Positions 9,624 to 20,065 of a DNA stretch of 32,000 nucleotides are shown here, one piece after another. How positions within the stretch are numbered: position 1 is the first letter of the stretch; each line of letters begins with the position of its first letter. The notes under the pieces are model-generated. The model had not been told where the DNA came from, searched no databases, and saw only the letters and a list, made by a program, of their open reading frames with translations. Origin of the DNA: Candidatus Scalindua sp. (lineage in GTDB: Bacteria > Planctomycetota > Brocadiia > Brocadiales > Scalinduaceae); assembly GCA_031316235.1 (NCBI GenBank), contig JALDRA010000001.1, positions 60,001 through 92,000 on the forward strand, read 5' to 3'. Both the position numbers and the translations under genes were made by a program.

Positions 9624-10415
9624 TTACCTTATAACTTTTTGAGCTATAATGCTTAACCCCAAGACATTAGGAAAACGTCTCACAATAAAATTTCGAAACC
9701 AATTATGCTCACAACCGCAAAGAACAACCCTGACTCCATGCTTTTTCAATATATTTTCTATGTCTTGTGGATTTGAAAACCAGGTAGCATCAGAATCGTC
9801 TCCATGAAAACTCAAATCAGGTTCCCTGTATTCAATTAAACATTCTTCAGATATCTTTCTTTGTTTGATTCTCTGAATGTTTTTCAGTGATTGTAAAAAA
9901 CATCCAATTATTGTCATGCCAAAAATGGGGGATGTTTTTTGTCCTATGATTTTACGAAAGGCCTTTATTAGTGGTGTTATCGGAGATATAAGATTCGGTC
10001 CATGAAAAACCAGAAAACCATCTTGCTTAGTTATACGAACTAATTCACGCATTACTGCTTCAACATCTGGTACATGCTCAATAAAACTATTCGATGCAAC
10101 AATATCAAAAGAAGTATCTTTGAAAGGTACACTCTCAGCGCGCGCAGCAACAAAAGTGAGACTTGCATCTTTTGCTTTTGTCTTGTTCATAAACATATGA
10201 CTTACATCTACTCCAACAACATTTCCAAATCGGCTGTTTATTATTTGTGTTGAAGTACCTGTACCACATCCTATATCCAGTATTTTATATTTTTTATCAG
10301 TAACTTTTTCAATTAAATCACAGTAAAAGTTGTATGTCTCACTATGGCCAGCACTGATAACTTCAAGGTATTCCTTTGAAGTCTTATAGTAATTTTGTTG
10401 ATGTATTTCTCCCAT
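9624..10415 (-). CDS. class I SAM-dependent methyltransferase
   Basis: 263 aa. Motif I ILDIGCGTGTST. FDIVASNSFIEHVPD segment. Confidence 0.8.
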   Translation of the reverse strand: MGEIHQQNYYKTSKEYLEVISAGHSETYNFYCDLIEKVTDKKYKILDIGCGTGTSTQIINSRFGNVVGVDVSHMFMNKTKAKDASLTFVAARAESVPFKDTSFDIVASNSFIEHVPDVEAVMRELVRITKQDGFLVFHGPNLISPITPLIKAFRKIIGQKTSPIFGMTIIGCFLQSLKNIQRIKQRKISEECLIEYREPDLSFHGDDSDATWFSNPQDIENILKKHGVRVVLCGCEHNWFRNFIVRRFPNVLGLSIIAQKVIR

Positions 10416-10435
10416 TGTTATTTAATATTCTTTTA

Positions 10436-11233
10436 CTAATCTATTATCACTTCCAAAATTTTTGGAGGCGCAGATCTATCTCCACCATTATTTAACCACA
10501 ATCGGTTATTAACATGAGTTAAACCCCATATTTTCTTTGGTAACTTTTGATTATAATACAATTTTACAATTTCCCCTGATTCAGGGACTATCTTAACTAT
10601 AAAAGGCTTATCATCTGGATCATCTGTCGAAGAAAATTTAACAGCCCAAATGTAACCATCCGTATACGCTATATCCCCTATCTCCTTAAATGGGAGGCTT
10701 ATAACCTGTATTTTTTTCCTCAGATCAACATCTACCTTTACAATTTCCACCCCTTTTCTCCCATGAAAATGAGAAGCAATCCACAAGTATTGACCGTCCC
10801 AGGCAAGCCCATCGGCATCTTCTCCTGTAGGGGATTCAATAGACTCAACTATTTCCAATGACTCGGCATCCAATTTTGTTATCTTTTTAGCTGGTGCACC
10901 CACCCAAATGCTTTTCCCATCCCACGTCAAACCCTCCATATGCGTAAAAACAGCAAAGGATTTATGCTGTTTTCCTGTACTAATATCAACAGAAACAATT
11001 TCTCCCGGGTTTACAGTTTGATAATCAGCCACCCAAATGAAACGGCCATCATACGCAAGACCATTTGGTTCCTTTACCGGGAGTAAAATCTCTTTTCCAA
11101 ACTTAAACTCAGTAATTAACGAGGAGTATTCTTCTATCCATTCGTTTGGTTTTGAGCAACCAGCCAAATAACAAACCAAAACGATTAAACACATAAAAAA
11201 AACATTTTTGTTCATTATAAAACCTTCAAACAA
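10436..11233 (-). CDS. beta-propeller lipoprotein (glutamine-cyclotransferase-like GLxWDG..W blades)
   Basis: 265 aa. Signal peptide with lipobox LAGC|S; the true start is possibly the internal MNKNVFF at ~11215. Repeated blades: GLAYDGRFIWVADY, GLTWDGKSIWVG, GLAWDGQYLWIAS, IAYTDGYIWAV. The family name is a judgement from the motif pattern only. Confidence 0.6.
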   Translation of the reverse strand: MFEGFIMNKNVFFMCLIVLVCYLAGCSKPNEWIEEYSSLITEFKFGKEILLPVKEPNGLAYDGRFIWVADYQTVNPGEIVSVDISTGKQHKSFAVFTHMEGLTWDGKSIWVGAPAKKITKLDAESLEIVESIESPTGEDADGLAWDGQYLWIASHFHGRKGVEIVKVDVDLRKKIQVISLPFKEIGDIAYTDGYIWAVKFSSTDDPDDKPFIVKIVPESGEIVKLYYNQKLPKKIWGLTHVNNRLWLNNGGDRSAPPKILEVIID

Positions 11234-11328
11234 ACATTAATTTTCAAATTGATTTTCATCTCACAAAATTGACATATTGACATAATTAGCTAAATAACTG
11301 ATCGAACATAGCATTTTGTTTGATATAT

Positions 11329-12768
11329 TCACCCTACCGGAGCAGTTCTTAATTTACGGATATCTCCAATAGTAATTAATTTAAAGAAATAAATAGTAAG
11401 CAGATACAACAAAACAAAACAAATACCAGCAAATAAAACATGGATATTATTTAAATACGCAAAATAAAGTGGCACACCCAATAATATGTTTACAAGAAAC
11501 GGCTTCCATATTCTACTTAATAAATTATATTGATATGAAAGTTTTTTCAAATAAATAAATAATACGATACAGACAAACACCTCAGTTAAAATAGTACTCA
11601 CACACGCACCTATAAAACCCCAGAAATTAATCATAGGAATATTTAAGACTATGTTAACCATTACCGAAGAGCCAAATATTAATGCATATGTTTTCTCTGC
11701 TTTTGCAGCATAAAACGCGCAACGGGCAATTACCGATAAGAAAAAGACAATCACACTCCATATCATTACTTGAAGAGCTGGTACCGCAGGAAGATAAGCA
11801 CCACCATACAGTAGATTTACAATTCCGCTGGCGTATACACTACAAAACATCGCTAAAGGAAACGCCATATAAAACATTATTTCTATACTAAAATTTAACA
11901 AGCTGTTTATATATTCTGTTGCATTAATACCATAATTAATAGTGAGAAGTGGTAACAGACCGCCGGTTACTGAACTTGGAAATAACTGCGAGCCTTCTAT
12001 GACCTGATAAGCAACATTATAATATCCTACTTCCTTATCAGAACGCATTAGCGAAATCATAATTGTATCGCAATAGTTATAAATCATAAACAACAGCATC
12101 ATTACTGCAAATGGCCACGCCCCTTTAAGCGTAGATATAAACGGTTTTATGCTGAGGTTACATTTGGGTGCAGCGATTTTACGCCAGACAACAGACAAAG
12201 AAATGGTAAAATCAATAAAACGAACCAAAACAAACGCTAAGGCAATTGCAAATAAAGTCCATGAATGATAAAAAGCTAAGACTGCAACACCCAACAGCAT
12301 ACACCTCTCATTTAATACAATCAATGAATCCAGTCGAAAATGGTCAAACCCACGTAATACTCCTCGAAAAGACCACTTAAATGCATGAAACAACATTGCA
12401 ATAGAAACAAGAAATATAATGATTTTATTTTCAGTTGTCTTTGGTAACAGCAAACATATTACTATCATTGCAGAGGTAGAAAAGAGCATAAGCCATACCT
12501 GTGTCCCTATTACTCTGAGAAATTTTTCTATTCCATTACCAACGTCTAAGGGTATCTCTCTTACTAAATAGCTGAGAAAATCAAAGCGAATAAAAAGTGC
12601 ATAAATGGTTCCAAATGACAATGCAAAAACAAATATACCATAATCCTCAGGGCCAAGTATTCTGGCGACTAGAACCGAAAATATATATAAAAAAACTGCG
12701 CTAAACTCTGCAATTGAACTAAAAAAAGTGTTGTTTACAAAGTCGTATTTATGCTTACTATCTGCCAT
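11329..12768 (-). CDS. polysaccharide flippase, Wzx/MOP superfamily
   Basis: 479 aa and hydrophobic throughout (many predicted TM helices). N-terminal region typical of polysaccharide biosynthesis proteins (VLVARILGPEDYGIFVFALSF). Confidence 0.8.
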   Translation of the reverse strand: MADSKHKYDFVNNTFFSSIAEFSAVFLYIFSVLVARILGPEDYGIFVFALSFGTIYALFIRFDFLSYLVREIPLDVGNGIEKFLRVIGTQVWLMLFSTSAMIVICLLLPKTTENKIIIFLVSIAMLFHAFKWSFRGVLRGFDHFRLDSLIVLNERCMLLGVAVLAFYHSWTLFAIALAFVLVRFIDFTISLSVVWRKIAAPKCNLSIKPFISTLKGAWPFAVMMLLFMIYNYCDTIMISLMRSDKEVGYYNVAYQVIEGSQLFPSSVTGGLLPLLTINYGINATEYINSLLNFSIEIMFYMAFPLAMFCSVYASGIVNLLYGGAYLPAVPALQVMIWSVIVFFLSVIARCAFYAAKAEKTYALIFGSSVMVNIVLNIPMINFWGFIGACVSTILTEVFVCIVLFIYLKKLSYQYNLLSRIWKPFLVNILLGVPLYFAYLNNIHVLFAGICFVLLYLLTIYFFKLITIGDIRKLRTAPVG

Positions 12769-12775
12769 ATTTTTA

Positions 12776-13963
12776 TCAGTGTTTATTGAAAATATTCAAT
12801 CTTTTAATCACCTTGTTGATAATAAGTTTGGCAAAAGAAATTCTCCCCTTTCCGGGAAGCCTGAAAATAAAATCACTTGACAACCTGCAAACATGATAGG
12901 GATCATCGCCTGCACGATTTGTCTTTCTGCCAGGAATAATCCCCCATACACATGATTTATAACCTGCTTCTTTAGCTGCTTCAATTGCAATATCACTCCC
13001 AACCTCCCATGGGAAACACATACTTGTAATTTTCTTTCCGACCAGTCGACTTTCAATTGTTTTGCGAGTGTTGATGAAATCTTCAAGTAAATAAGATTTC
13101 ATATCTTTATGTTTTTCAAAATACCCTTTGTCACCTTTCAAATCTCTATACTTTTTCGCTACCAATAATAATTGCTTTTTCCATTTTTTTCTTTTAAAAA
13201 AATATTCACCACCATTTTTTCTGACATAACCAACACAATGTTCACGCAAATCTTCATCATCATAATAACGAAGTTTTCCACTCATTCTCAAATCCATCTC
13301 ATAGATTGGCGTTCCAAGGGGTAACTGCCTGTTATAATTATTTAACCCTTTTTGTGAAACAACCGGATAGACAAAATTATGAAACCCCCAGTTATAACCC
13401 GGTTCAATAAAATATTTTATTTTAGGTGAAGTAAAAATCAGCTCATGAAAATAAGTATGCCCCTGAAAGTCTATAATGCCGGAGTTGTGCATTTCCGATA
13501 TTTCTTTCCATGCTGAGAAAGGATAGGAAGAGTTGTCAATACCCAGGCAAAATGCATGATTTTGACCGGTATGATATTGAGCATTTTCCCCACTCTCTTT
13601 TGTAATAAAATATGGTGACAGATAGGCAATGCCCTTCAAGTTATACTTTTTAAGGATAGAAAAAACCGTTGTCCACAAGCTGGCTCTACAGTCATCAAAA
13701 GTTAACATTAAACATTTCGGAGGTACACCATGAAGAAGGTACCTGTGAAACTCTTCCGTATTAACAGTGTGGTAACCATTTTCCGCCAGAAATCGCATTT
13801 GCCTGTCAAATAGTACGGGATCCGGTGTATGCATCGAAAACACAATAATCTGGTTCTCAACCTTTGCACTGTTTTTCAGAACAAAATCCGGAAGATTGTT
13901 CTTCACTAATGCAATAAGCTCAGGCAAAGCAAGTTTTATATTATTCTTTGTACTATACTTCAA
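12776..13963 (-). CDS. polysaccharide deacetylase family protein (NodB homology)
   Basis: 395 aa. LMLTFDDC (TFDD motif 1) and a His motif GHTYFH. Confidence 0.75.
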   Translation of the reverse strand: MKYSTKNNIKLALPELIALVKNNLPDFVLKNSAKVENQIIVFSMHTPDPVLFDRQMRFLAENGYHTVNTEEFHRYLLHGVPPKCLMLTFDDCRASLWTTVFSILKKYNLKGIAYLSPYFITKESGENAQYHTGQNHAFCLGIDNSSYPFSAWKEISEMHNSGIIDFQGHTYFHELIFTSPKIKYFIEPGYNWGFHNFVYPVVSQKGLNNYNRQLPLGTPIYEMDLRMSGKLRYYDDEDLREHCVGYVRKNGGEYFFKRKKWKKQLLLVAKKYRDLKGDKGYFEKHKDMKSYLLEDFINTRKTIESRLVGKKITSMCFPWEVGSDIAIEAAKEAGYKSCVWGIIPGRKTNRAGDDPYHVCRLSSDFIFRLPGKGRISFAKLIINKVIKRLNIFNKH

Positions 13964-14012
13964 TAAAGAGACCCAGGTCTAATGCTCAGCATTAAAAGCT
14001 TTACAAGTAACT

Positions 14013-15143
14013 CTATGTGCCAAAGAGTTGTTCATATTCTGAAAACGTTTCAGCAGCACATTTTTTACTGGAAAAAGAAGAAGCCTGTTTATATCCTTTT
14101 TCTATCATTTCTTCACGCAGTTTGTCTGACTGTAAAATTTTAAGAATTGATAAAGATATCCCTCCTACATCTTTACAATCATTGATTAAAGCCGCACTTC
14201 CGACTACCTCAGGCAGGCCACCTGAGTTAGATACGATAACCGGAGTTCCGCATGACATAGCTTCAAGTGATGGCATACCAAAAGACTCATAAATAGAAGG
14301 AAAAAGGAATAGATCAGCCATTGTATAAAATTCCGGTAACGCATCGTATACAGACCCTGTCCAGATTATATCTTTGTCAACTTTTTCATTCCTGGATAAA
14401 TCTTCTAACTGATGACGATACTTACTCCCATATGCCCTGCTTTCACTTCCGACTATTAGAAGCTTATGGGGCAAGTTTCCTTTTTTCTTTGCTGAACTGA
14501 AGGCTGAAATAACGGTCTCAATATTTTTAAAAGGATATATGACCCCAACAAATAATATATATTTATCCGGAAGCTTGTATTTTTCCTTAACTTGTTGTAA
14601 CATCTTAGGATCAATCACCTTTTTGAATCTTTCATCAGCAGCCAGGTGAGTCACCTTGATTTTATCAGAGCCAAGCCTCTGGTATTTCATGAATATTTTT
14701 TTGTCTGATTCGGAAACAGCTATAACGAGGTCAGATCTCTTTGCTCCCAAATAATAGTAAATCCGCCAGAAAAAAAGTTCTTTCTTCTTAAATAATGATG
14801 GATAAAGCCACCAACTACCGGAATGAAGAGAAAAAATCACCTTAGCTCCACCACCAAATAACGGAAAATGTTTAAGGCCATGATAGACATCTACCTTCTT
14901 TTTCCTCAACAGTTTTGGTAACGCCAAGTTATTCCATAAAGCCATCTTCATGGGCCCCATATCCGGAACCACTATTTTTTCCATATTCCTAGTTTCAAAA
15001 AGGGAGTTTTCAACCTGATACTCATCAAGCAAAATTATAAAATTATGTTTCGTGTTTATATTTGAAAACTCTTTAAGTAAAGAGTCCGTATATGTAAGTA
15101 CTCCTCCAAAATGATTCCCTCTTGCATCTAGACATATTCTCAT
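14013..15143 (-). CDS. glycosyltransferase family 4 (GT-B, group 1)
   Basis: 376 aa. C-terminal signature PSIYESFGMPSLEAMSCGTPVIVSNSGGLPEVVG. Confidence 0.9.
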   Translation of the reverse strand: MRICLDARGNHFGGVLTYTDSLLKEFSNINTKHNFIILLDEYQVENSLFETRNMEKIVVPDMGPMKMALWNNLALPKLLRKKKVDVYHGLKHFPLFGGGAKVIFSLHSGSWWLYPSLFKKKELFFWRIYYYLGAKRSDLVIAVSESDKKIFMKYQRLGSDKIKVTHLAADERFKKVIDPKMLQQVKEKYKLPDKYILFVGVIYPFKNIETVISAFSSAKKKGNLPHKLLIVGSESRAYGSKYRHQLEDLSRNEKVDKDIIWTGSVYDALPEFYTMADLFLFPSIYESFGMPSLEAMSCGTPVIVSNSGGLPEVVGSAALINDCKDVGGISLSILKILQSDKLREEMIEKGYKQASSFSSKKCAAETFSEYEQLFGT

Positions 15144-15484
15144 TATTTTCTTATCCTTATGCTTTCTATCTGCGTCGTCTGTTTCTTTTATTTTTTTCTC
15201 CCTTTAAATATTTTACTTATTTTAGTTTATTTAGTTTGGGGAAAATTCCGTTACCGTCTGAACCAGAACGAAATTGATGATTAATTACCAAATATCTGTT
15301 GTGTCTCATAACATCGTCGACACTTAGTACCATTCATCTTAAAGGAGAATTATATAAAATAAGTGGTACGATAAGAACTTTTGCTAAAATTGTTTTGTCG
15401 AGAAGAAATGTTTTGAAAAAACATATCGCCACGGAGTAATTGTAAAAAACGAATGTCCAAACGGTGTAGCCATATAATCATTTA

Positions 15485-16654
15485 TTATTTTGAACTATGC
15501 AGCATTGTATCAATGTTTAATGTGTCTTGATATATATCAAAATATCTTTTGGCAACGTATTTCCAACTATAATGATTAAGAACTCTTTTTCTATTAGCCT
15601 CCCCCATAAGCAATCTCTTCCCTATGTTATCTCGCATTTCTAGAATAGCATTTTGAATTTCCTTAATATTACCAGGTTCAACAAGAATACCATTTTCTTC
15701 CTTTACTAAATCTGGAACTCCACCTGTTCTGCCCCCTATAATAGGTAATCTGCAAGCCATTGCCTCCGCAAACACTAAACCAAACGATTCAGCCAAAGAC
15801 GGCAAAATAAAGACATCGGCTTTATTGTACAGTTCCGACAACTTTTCTCTCGGGTGATATCCGTGAAAAGTAACGACATCATTCAACATAAGTTTTTTGC
15901 ACAAATCTTTTAGGTTTTTTTCATAATTTCCTATACCAACAACCATAAGCGTTATTTTTTTATCATTTAACTTGGATAAGGCTTCTAAAATATGATTAAT
16001 TCCTTTTCGATTGATTAACCGTGAAACAGTTATCAAATTGAGATTCTTACTGTTGTATTTTTCCTGATCAATTGGCTTAAATATATCAGTCTCAACTCCA
16101 TTTGGAATAACTTCCATATGTAATTCAGGCGCGGTTCTTTGTGCTGTTAGTTTCAGACCCCAGCTTAGGGCAACAATCTTTTTTGCTCTTTTCCAAATAT
16201 ATTTGTTAACAGGTTTTAAAATCATGTGAAAAACATGTACCTTTCTACTGTATGTATCATAATAAGGAACATCAGAACCTCTAAGAGACACTATATAAGG
16301 AATTTTCCTATGTATTCCAGGTAAAAGCGATAAGAGCCCTGTTGGAAGACTAAAAAAATAATGTAGGACATCATATCTATTTTTTTTGCATAGTTTTCTT
16401 ATTTTAAGTGCGGCAAAAAACAGATAAGAATAAGCACCCTTTAACCCACAATCATGAATGCTGTTTCTCCAGCTAAAAACTCGAAAAACATTAATTCCGT
16501 CAAGTACTTCTTTGGCTTTTTGATTCTCTATCTTCGAAGTTAGCACGTCAACACTATGTCCCATCTTAACAAGTTCTTTTGCAATGTTATAAGTAGCACT
16601 TCCTGCCCCCCCTCCCATTGGGGGAAATTCATAATTTAACATTAGTATTTTCAT
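15485..16654 (-). CDS. glycosyltransferase family 4 (GT-B, group 1)
   Basis: 389 aa. N-terminal MKILMLNYEFPPMGGGAG. Signature PSLAESFGLVFAEAMACRLPIIGGRTGGVPDLV. Confidence 0.9.
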   Translation of the reverse strand: MKILMLNYEFPPMGGGAGSATYNIAKELVKMGHSVDVLTSKIENQKAKEVLDGINVFRVFSWRNSIHDCGLKGAYSYLFFAALKIRKLCKKNRYDVLHYFFSLPTGLLSLLPGIHRKIPYIVSLRGSDVPYYDTYSRKVHVFHMILKPVNKYIWKRAKKIVALSWGLKLTAQRTAPELHMEVIPNGVETDIFKPIDQEKYNSKNLNLITVSRLINRKGINHILEALSKLNDKKITLMVVGIGNYEKNLKDLCKKLMLNDVVTFHGYHPREKLSELYNKADVFILPSLAESFGLVFAEAMACRLPIIGGRTGGVPDLVKEENGILVEPGNIKEIQNAILEMRDNIGKRLLMGEANRKRVLNHYSWKYVAKRYFDIYQDTLNIDTMLHSSK

Positions 16655-17891
16655 GAAGTGTTTGCAAATACCACAATAACTAGAAAAGTAAAAGTTTCCG
16701 ACTTTCCTAATATTCCGACATTATATACCAGTCGCGAAATAAAATTAGAAAATTCTCGAGACAAACGGATCTAAATATGTCATACTATTTTTATGACAGA
16801 TTTTACCCTATCACAGGAAGAAATATCTAGCCTGAAAGCAGCCCACAGAGCTGCTAAGAAAAAGCGAGAAGCAGACCGAATAAAAACGATTATCCTCCTT
16901 GGCACAGGATGGACAATCCGAGAAGTAACAGAAGCTCTGTTGCTTGACGATGAAACAATAAGGAATTATTTAACACGTTATAAAAGTGGTGGATTAAAGG
17001 CGCTATTGGATGATAGTAATAAGGGATATGGTGGTAAATTATCCAGGTCAGCAATAGAGCAATTGGATAACCATCTTAATACAAAAACTTACCAAAGAAT
17101 ACAAGAAATAGTATCTTATGTCACCAAACAATTCAAAGTAAAATATAGTATTAGCGGAATGACCGATTTACTTCACAGAATAGGCTATACGTATAAAAAG
17201 TCAAAGTTGGTACCAGGAAAAGCAGATTCAAAAGCACAGGAAGAATTCGTAAAATTCTACAAAGAATTAAAGGAAACCAAGGGTGTCAATGACCATATTT
17301 ATTTTATGGATGACGCTCATCCGCAACACAACAGTGTAGCCGCGTATGGTTGGATTAAGAAAGGAAAAGTGAAAGAACTGAAGAGCAATACAGGGCGCAA
17401 AAGACTCAATATCAATGGAGCCATTAATATTGAAAAAATGAGTCCCGTAGTTGGTTATAGCAACTCTATAAATGCACAGTCAACGATATCATTACTCAAA
17501 AAGATTGAATCCAAACATCCAGATGCAGAGTCTATTTATACGATATGTGACAATGCTAGATATTACCGATCGAAAAAGGTGAAAGAATATTTGGAAATAT
17601 CTAAAGTAAAGATTGTGTTTTTACCACCCTATTCACCAAATTTGAATTTGATAGAAAGACTTTGGAAATATTTCCGAAAGAAAGTACTCAATAATAAATA
17701 CCACTACAGCGACACTTTTTTTCGCAGCTTCAGCTGCAATTTTTTGAATTCCTTTATTTTTGTTTTTCTATGAGAACGATAAGCACTATAATTTCTTTTC
17801 TGGTGGTACCTGATAAGTTCAATTACGTATTTTTTATCAAGTGGAATAACCGGCAGAACGGCCTCCAACAGCATACGAGCTTGTGGTAAAG

Positions 17892-19052
17892 TCAGAGCCG
17901 GTGTTTTTTTTTTAATACTCCGCGTATTCTAAGCAAAAATAATTGTGCCAAAAAAACAAACGTCATATGCCTATGCCAGGCGGGCCAGGAACGATGTTCA
18001 TAATCTGCCATGCCTAATTCGCTTTTGCCTTCTTGAAATGATTGCTCAATAGGCCAGCGTAATACACATACACGAATCATTTCTTCAAATGTCGTCTCTG
18101 CCGGAGCATTGCTGAGGCAGTACTTTATTTCATGTGTTTTAGGATCTTTTCTTAAAAACAGCCATCTTTCCTTCTCCGCGCCACTGTCATCGCCTGCAAA
18201 CACCCTGGTTCGAGCGACAAATCCATAAATTGGCCCTTTTGCTCCTTCAGCAAGTTTGGCCAGATTCCACTTTACATTTCCGTCCTGTGCTATATCGGAT
18301 ACTTTTCTTTCAACTCTCTTCCGGCAAGCTTCACCATCTTGCGTGCTCACTAACACTTTCCGATTCTTTGCTATATCAGCTAGATAAAAAACCTGTGGAG
18401 GAAGATTGTCTAAAAAATCAGGGCTATTGCCAAATATACTATCACACGTTATCCAACGAAATGGGAACAGCCCACCCGTACTCAATTCAGCAATCATCTC
18501 AACGGCAAGTTCCGGTTTCTTCCTGAATACCAAATCTTCCGGCACTTTGCATCTTTCACGTCTCTCTTTATACTCAGGGTCAAACCACTTTTCAGGCACA
18601 TACAGCCGGCGGTCTATCAATCCATACCCCTTCGTACTCGTATATGCCACGTACACTCCAGACTGACAATTTTCTATTTTACCAAGACGGCCACAATATT
18701 GACGAGCGACTCCCACCGATTCCTTTCCTTTTTTCACCACTTCGCTACTATCAACACTGAGTACTCCATCAGCTTCGGACAATAGTTTTGAGAGTTCCTC
18801 TTTGTGCCGTGAAGCGATAAATTCTCCATCCCACTTGTACTCTCCCATGAACCGTTGCAAGCTTCGTACTGTATCTTTACCTCGGAGTCGAAGTGCTATT
18901 GGCTCTATCGATTTACGATCAAGCTTACTTAATAAACCCTGCAAATAGCACAAGCTCAAATCTTTCTGCTCTTTCCGTCTGAATCCCTCCTCAAACAATG
19001 CGTGATACTTCTCCAACTCTGTTGCAAGCTTTCCGATATCGCTTGCACTCAA
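17892..19052 (-). CDS. IS701/IS4-like DDE transposase
   Basis: 386 aa. N-terminal YLQGLLSKLDRKSIEPIA. DDE-type blocks VDSSEVVKKG, WITCDSIFGNS and RWPIEQSFQEGKSELGMADYEHRSWPAWHRH. Confidence 0.8.
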   Translation of the reverse strand: MSASDIGKLATELEKYHALFEEGFRRKEQKDLSLCYLQGLLSKLDRKSIEPIALRLRGKDTVRSLQRFMGEYKWDGEFIASRHKEELSKLLSEADGVLSVDSSEVVKKGKESVGVARQYCGRLGKIENCQSGVYVAYTSTKGYGLIDRRLYVPEKWFDPEYKERRERCKVPEDLVFRKKPELAVEMIAELSTGGLFPFRWITCDSIFGNSPDFLDNLPPQVFYLADIAKNRKVLVSTQDGEACRKRVERKVSDIAQDGNVKWNLAKLAEGAKGPIYGFVARTRVFAGDDSGAEKERWLFLRKDPKTHEIKYCLSNAPAETTFEEMIRVCVLRWPIEQSFQEGKSELGMADYEHRSWPAWHRHMTFVFLAQLFLLRIRGVLKKKHRL

Positions 19053-19066
19053 TTCAACTCCGGGTT

Positions 19067-20065
19067 CTACTTCAGGACTCCAGTCCGGGGACGTACTATC
19101 ATACTGCTTCTCCTTTCCAATGGCAGATTGCTGTAAGGTCTGTTTGAAAGGAGATACTTTCGGGTAAGTAATGGTTCTGTTTTGTCTTGTTTAATCTTTT
19201 GTCTGCCTTGTGGATCTAATACATAAAAATAAACCTCCTTGCTGTTTCCATGGTATATAAATCCTTTCTGCTTTTTACGATAGCCCTTCGTGTTGCCAAT
19301 TTTTACCCAGTTAGCTGCCTGATAACACGTTCCTGAAAATTTTGATGGATCGATAAATGTTTCCAGAAATAATAATCGGGTGCCATACTTCTCTACCCAA
19401 TCTTTCTGCAATTGTCGGACAACTCGTGATAAAATATGTGATGCAATATTTTTTACCTCTACCCATGGCATGATCAGAAAGCGACTATTGTTTAGTACTT
19501 TGTCTAAAGCCTTTCTGCGCTCCTGCACATTCCAGCCTATGATAATGTCCCTGCAATATAACCGCTCTACTGCGGATTGCCAGCCCAGTGCCGCCACTAA
19601 TCGATCAGAGCTGTATATTAAATACCTTATGTTCTGCCCTACTAATACTCGATAGCCCAAATAGTGATATCTTCTATTGACGTACTTCCATATGCGGCCA
19701 CTTTCTTTATCCGTTACGCTCTTTATCTTTAACGGAAGAAACACCTTTATGTTTCCCTTGATTTCTGTGGTATCTAACTCCACATGTTCTAACGGACGTT
19801 CGTTTTTGCATGATGGTGCCCTTTTGGAAGCAGGCAGTTGGATAAACCCTCTCTCGGACAACGATTGCAGTATACTACGGCATGCACGATCTTTTAGATG
19901 TCCGTTAGCTTGTTTCCATTGCCAATGTTCTGACAACTTGATAGAGATATATACCCGGCCTCGGTTGCCATAGTGCTCTATCAAACCACGTACAACGGCT
20001 ATATCCGCTTCGCTTATTTCCCGGCCTCGAATGACAAGCCTGCGGCCTTCAGGTGGCTTACCCAT
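19067..20065 (-). CDS. DUF4338 (DruA-like) domain protein carried inside the IS
   Basis: 332 aa. The blocks YHYLGYRVLVGQNIRYLIY, ALGWQSAV, NNSRFLIMPWVEVKNIASHIL, LLFLETFIDPSKFSGTCYQAANW match my recollection of the DUF4338 pattern. Lies between the IS inverted repeat and the transposase gene. Confidence 0.6.
   Translation of the reverse strand: MGKPPEGRRLVIRGREISEADIAVVRGLIEHYGNRGRVYISIKLSEHWQWKQANGHLKDRACRSILQSLSERGFIQLPASKRAPSCKNERPLEHVELDTTEIKGNIKVFLPLKIKSVTDKESGRIWKYVNRRYHYLGYRVLVGQNIRYLIYSSDRLVAALGWQSAVERLYCRDIIIGWNVQERRKALDKVLNNSRFLIMPWVEVKNIASHILSRVVRQLQKDWVEKYGTRLLFLETFIDPSKFSGTCYQAANWVKIGNTKGYRKKQKGFIYHGNSKEVYFYVLDPQGRQKIKQDKTEPLLTRKYLLSNRPYSNLPLERRSSMIVRPRTGVLK

Noticed and set aside
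15144-15484. 341-bp spacer between the two GT4 genes, scanned for small genes, MITEs or terminators
   Set aside because: It holds only a 43-codon minus-strand ORF without a recognisable family, and weak AT-rich hairpins. Nothing is supportable.
16658-16666. gtgtttgca at 16658-16666 as the IS630 left inverted repeat (matching tgcaaacac at 20258-20266)
   Set aside because: This is only a 9-nt match, and it would place the IS end on the GT4 start codon. The alternative left end at 16721 gives TA flanks, a plausible ~1.13-kb element and collinearity with the MITE left end.
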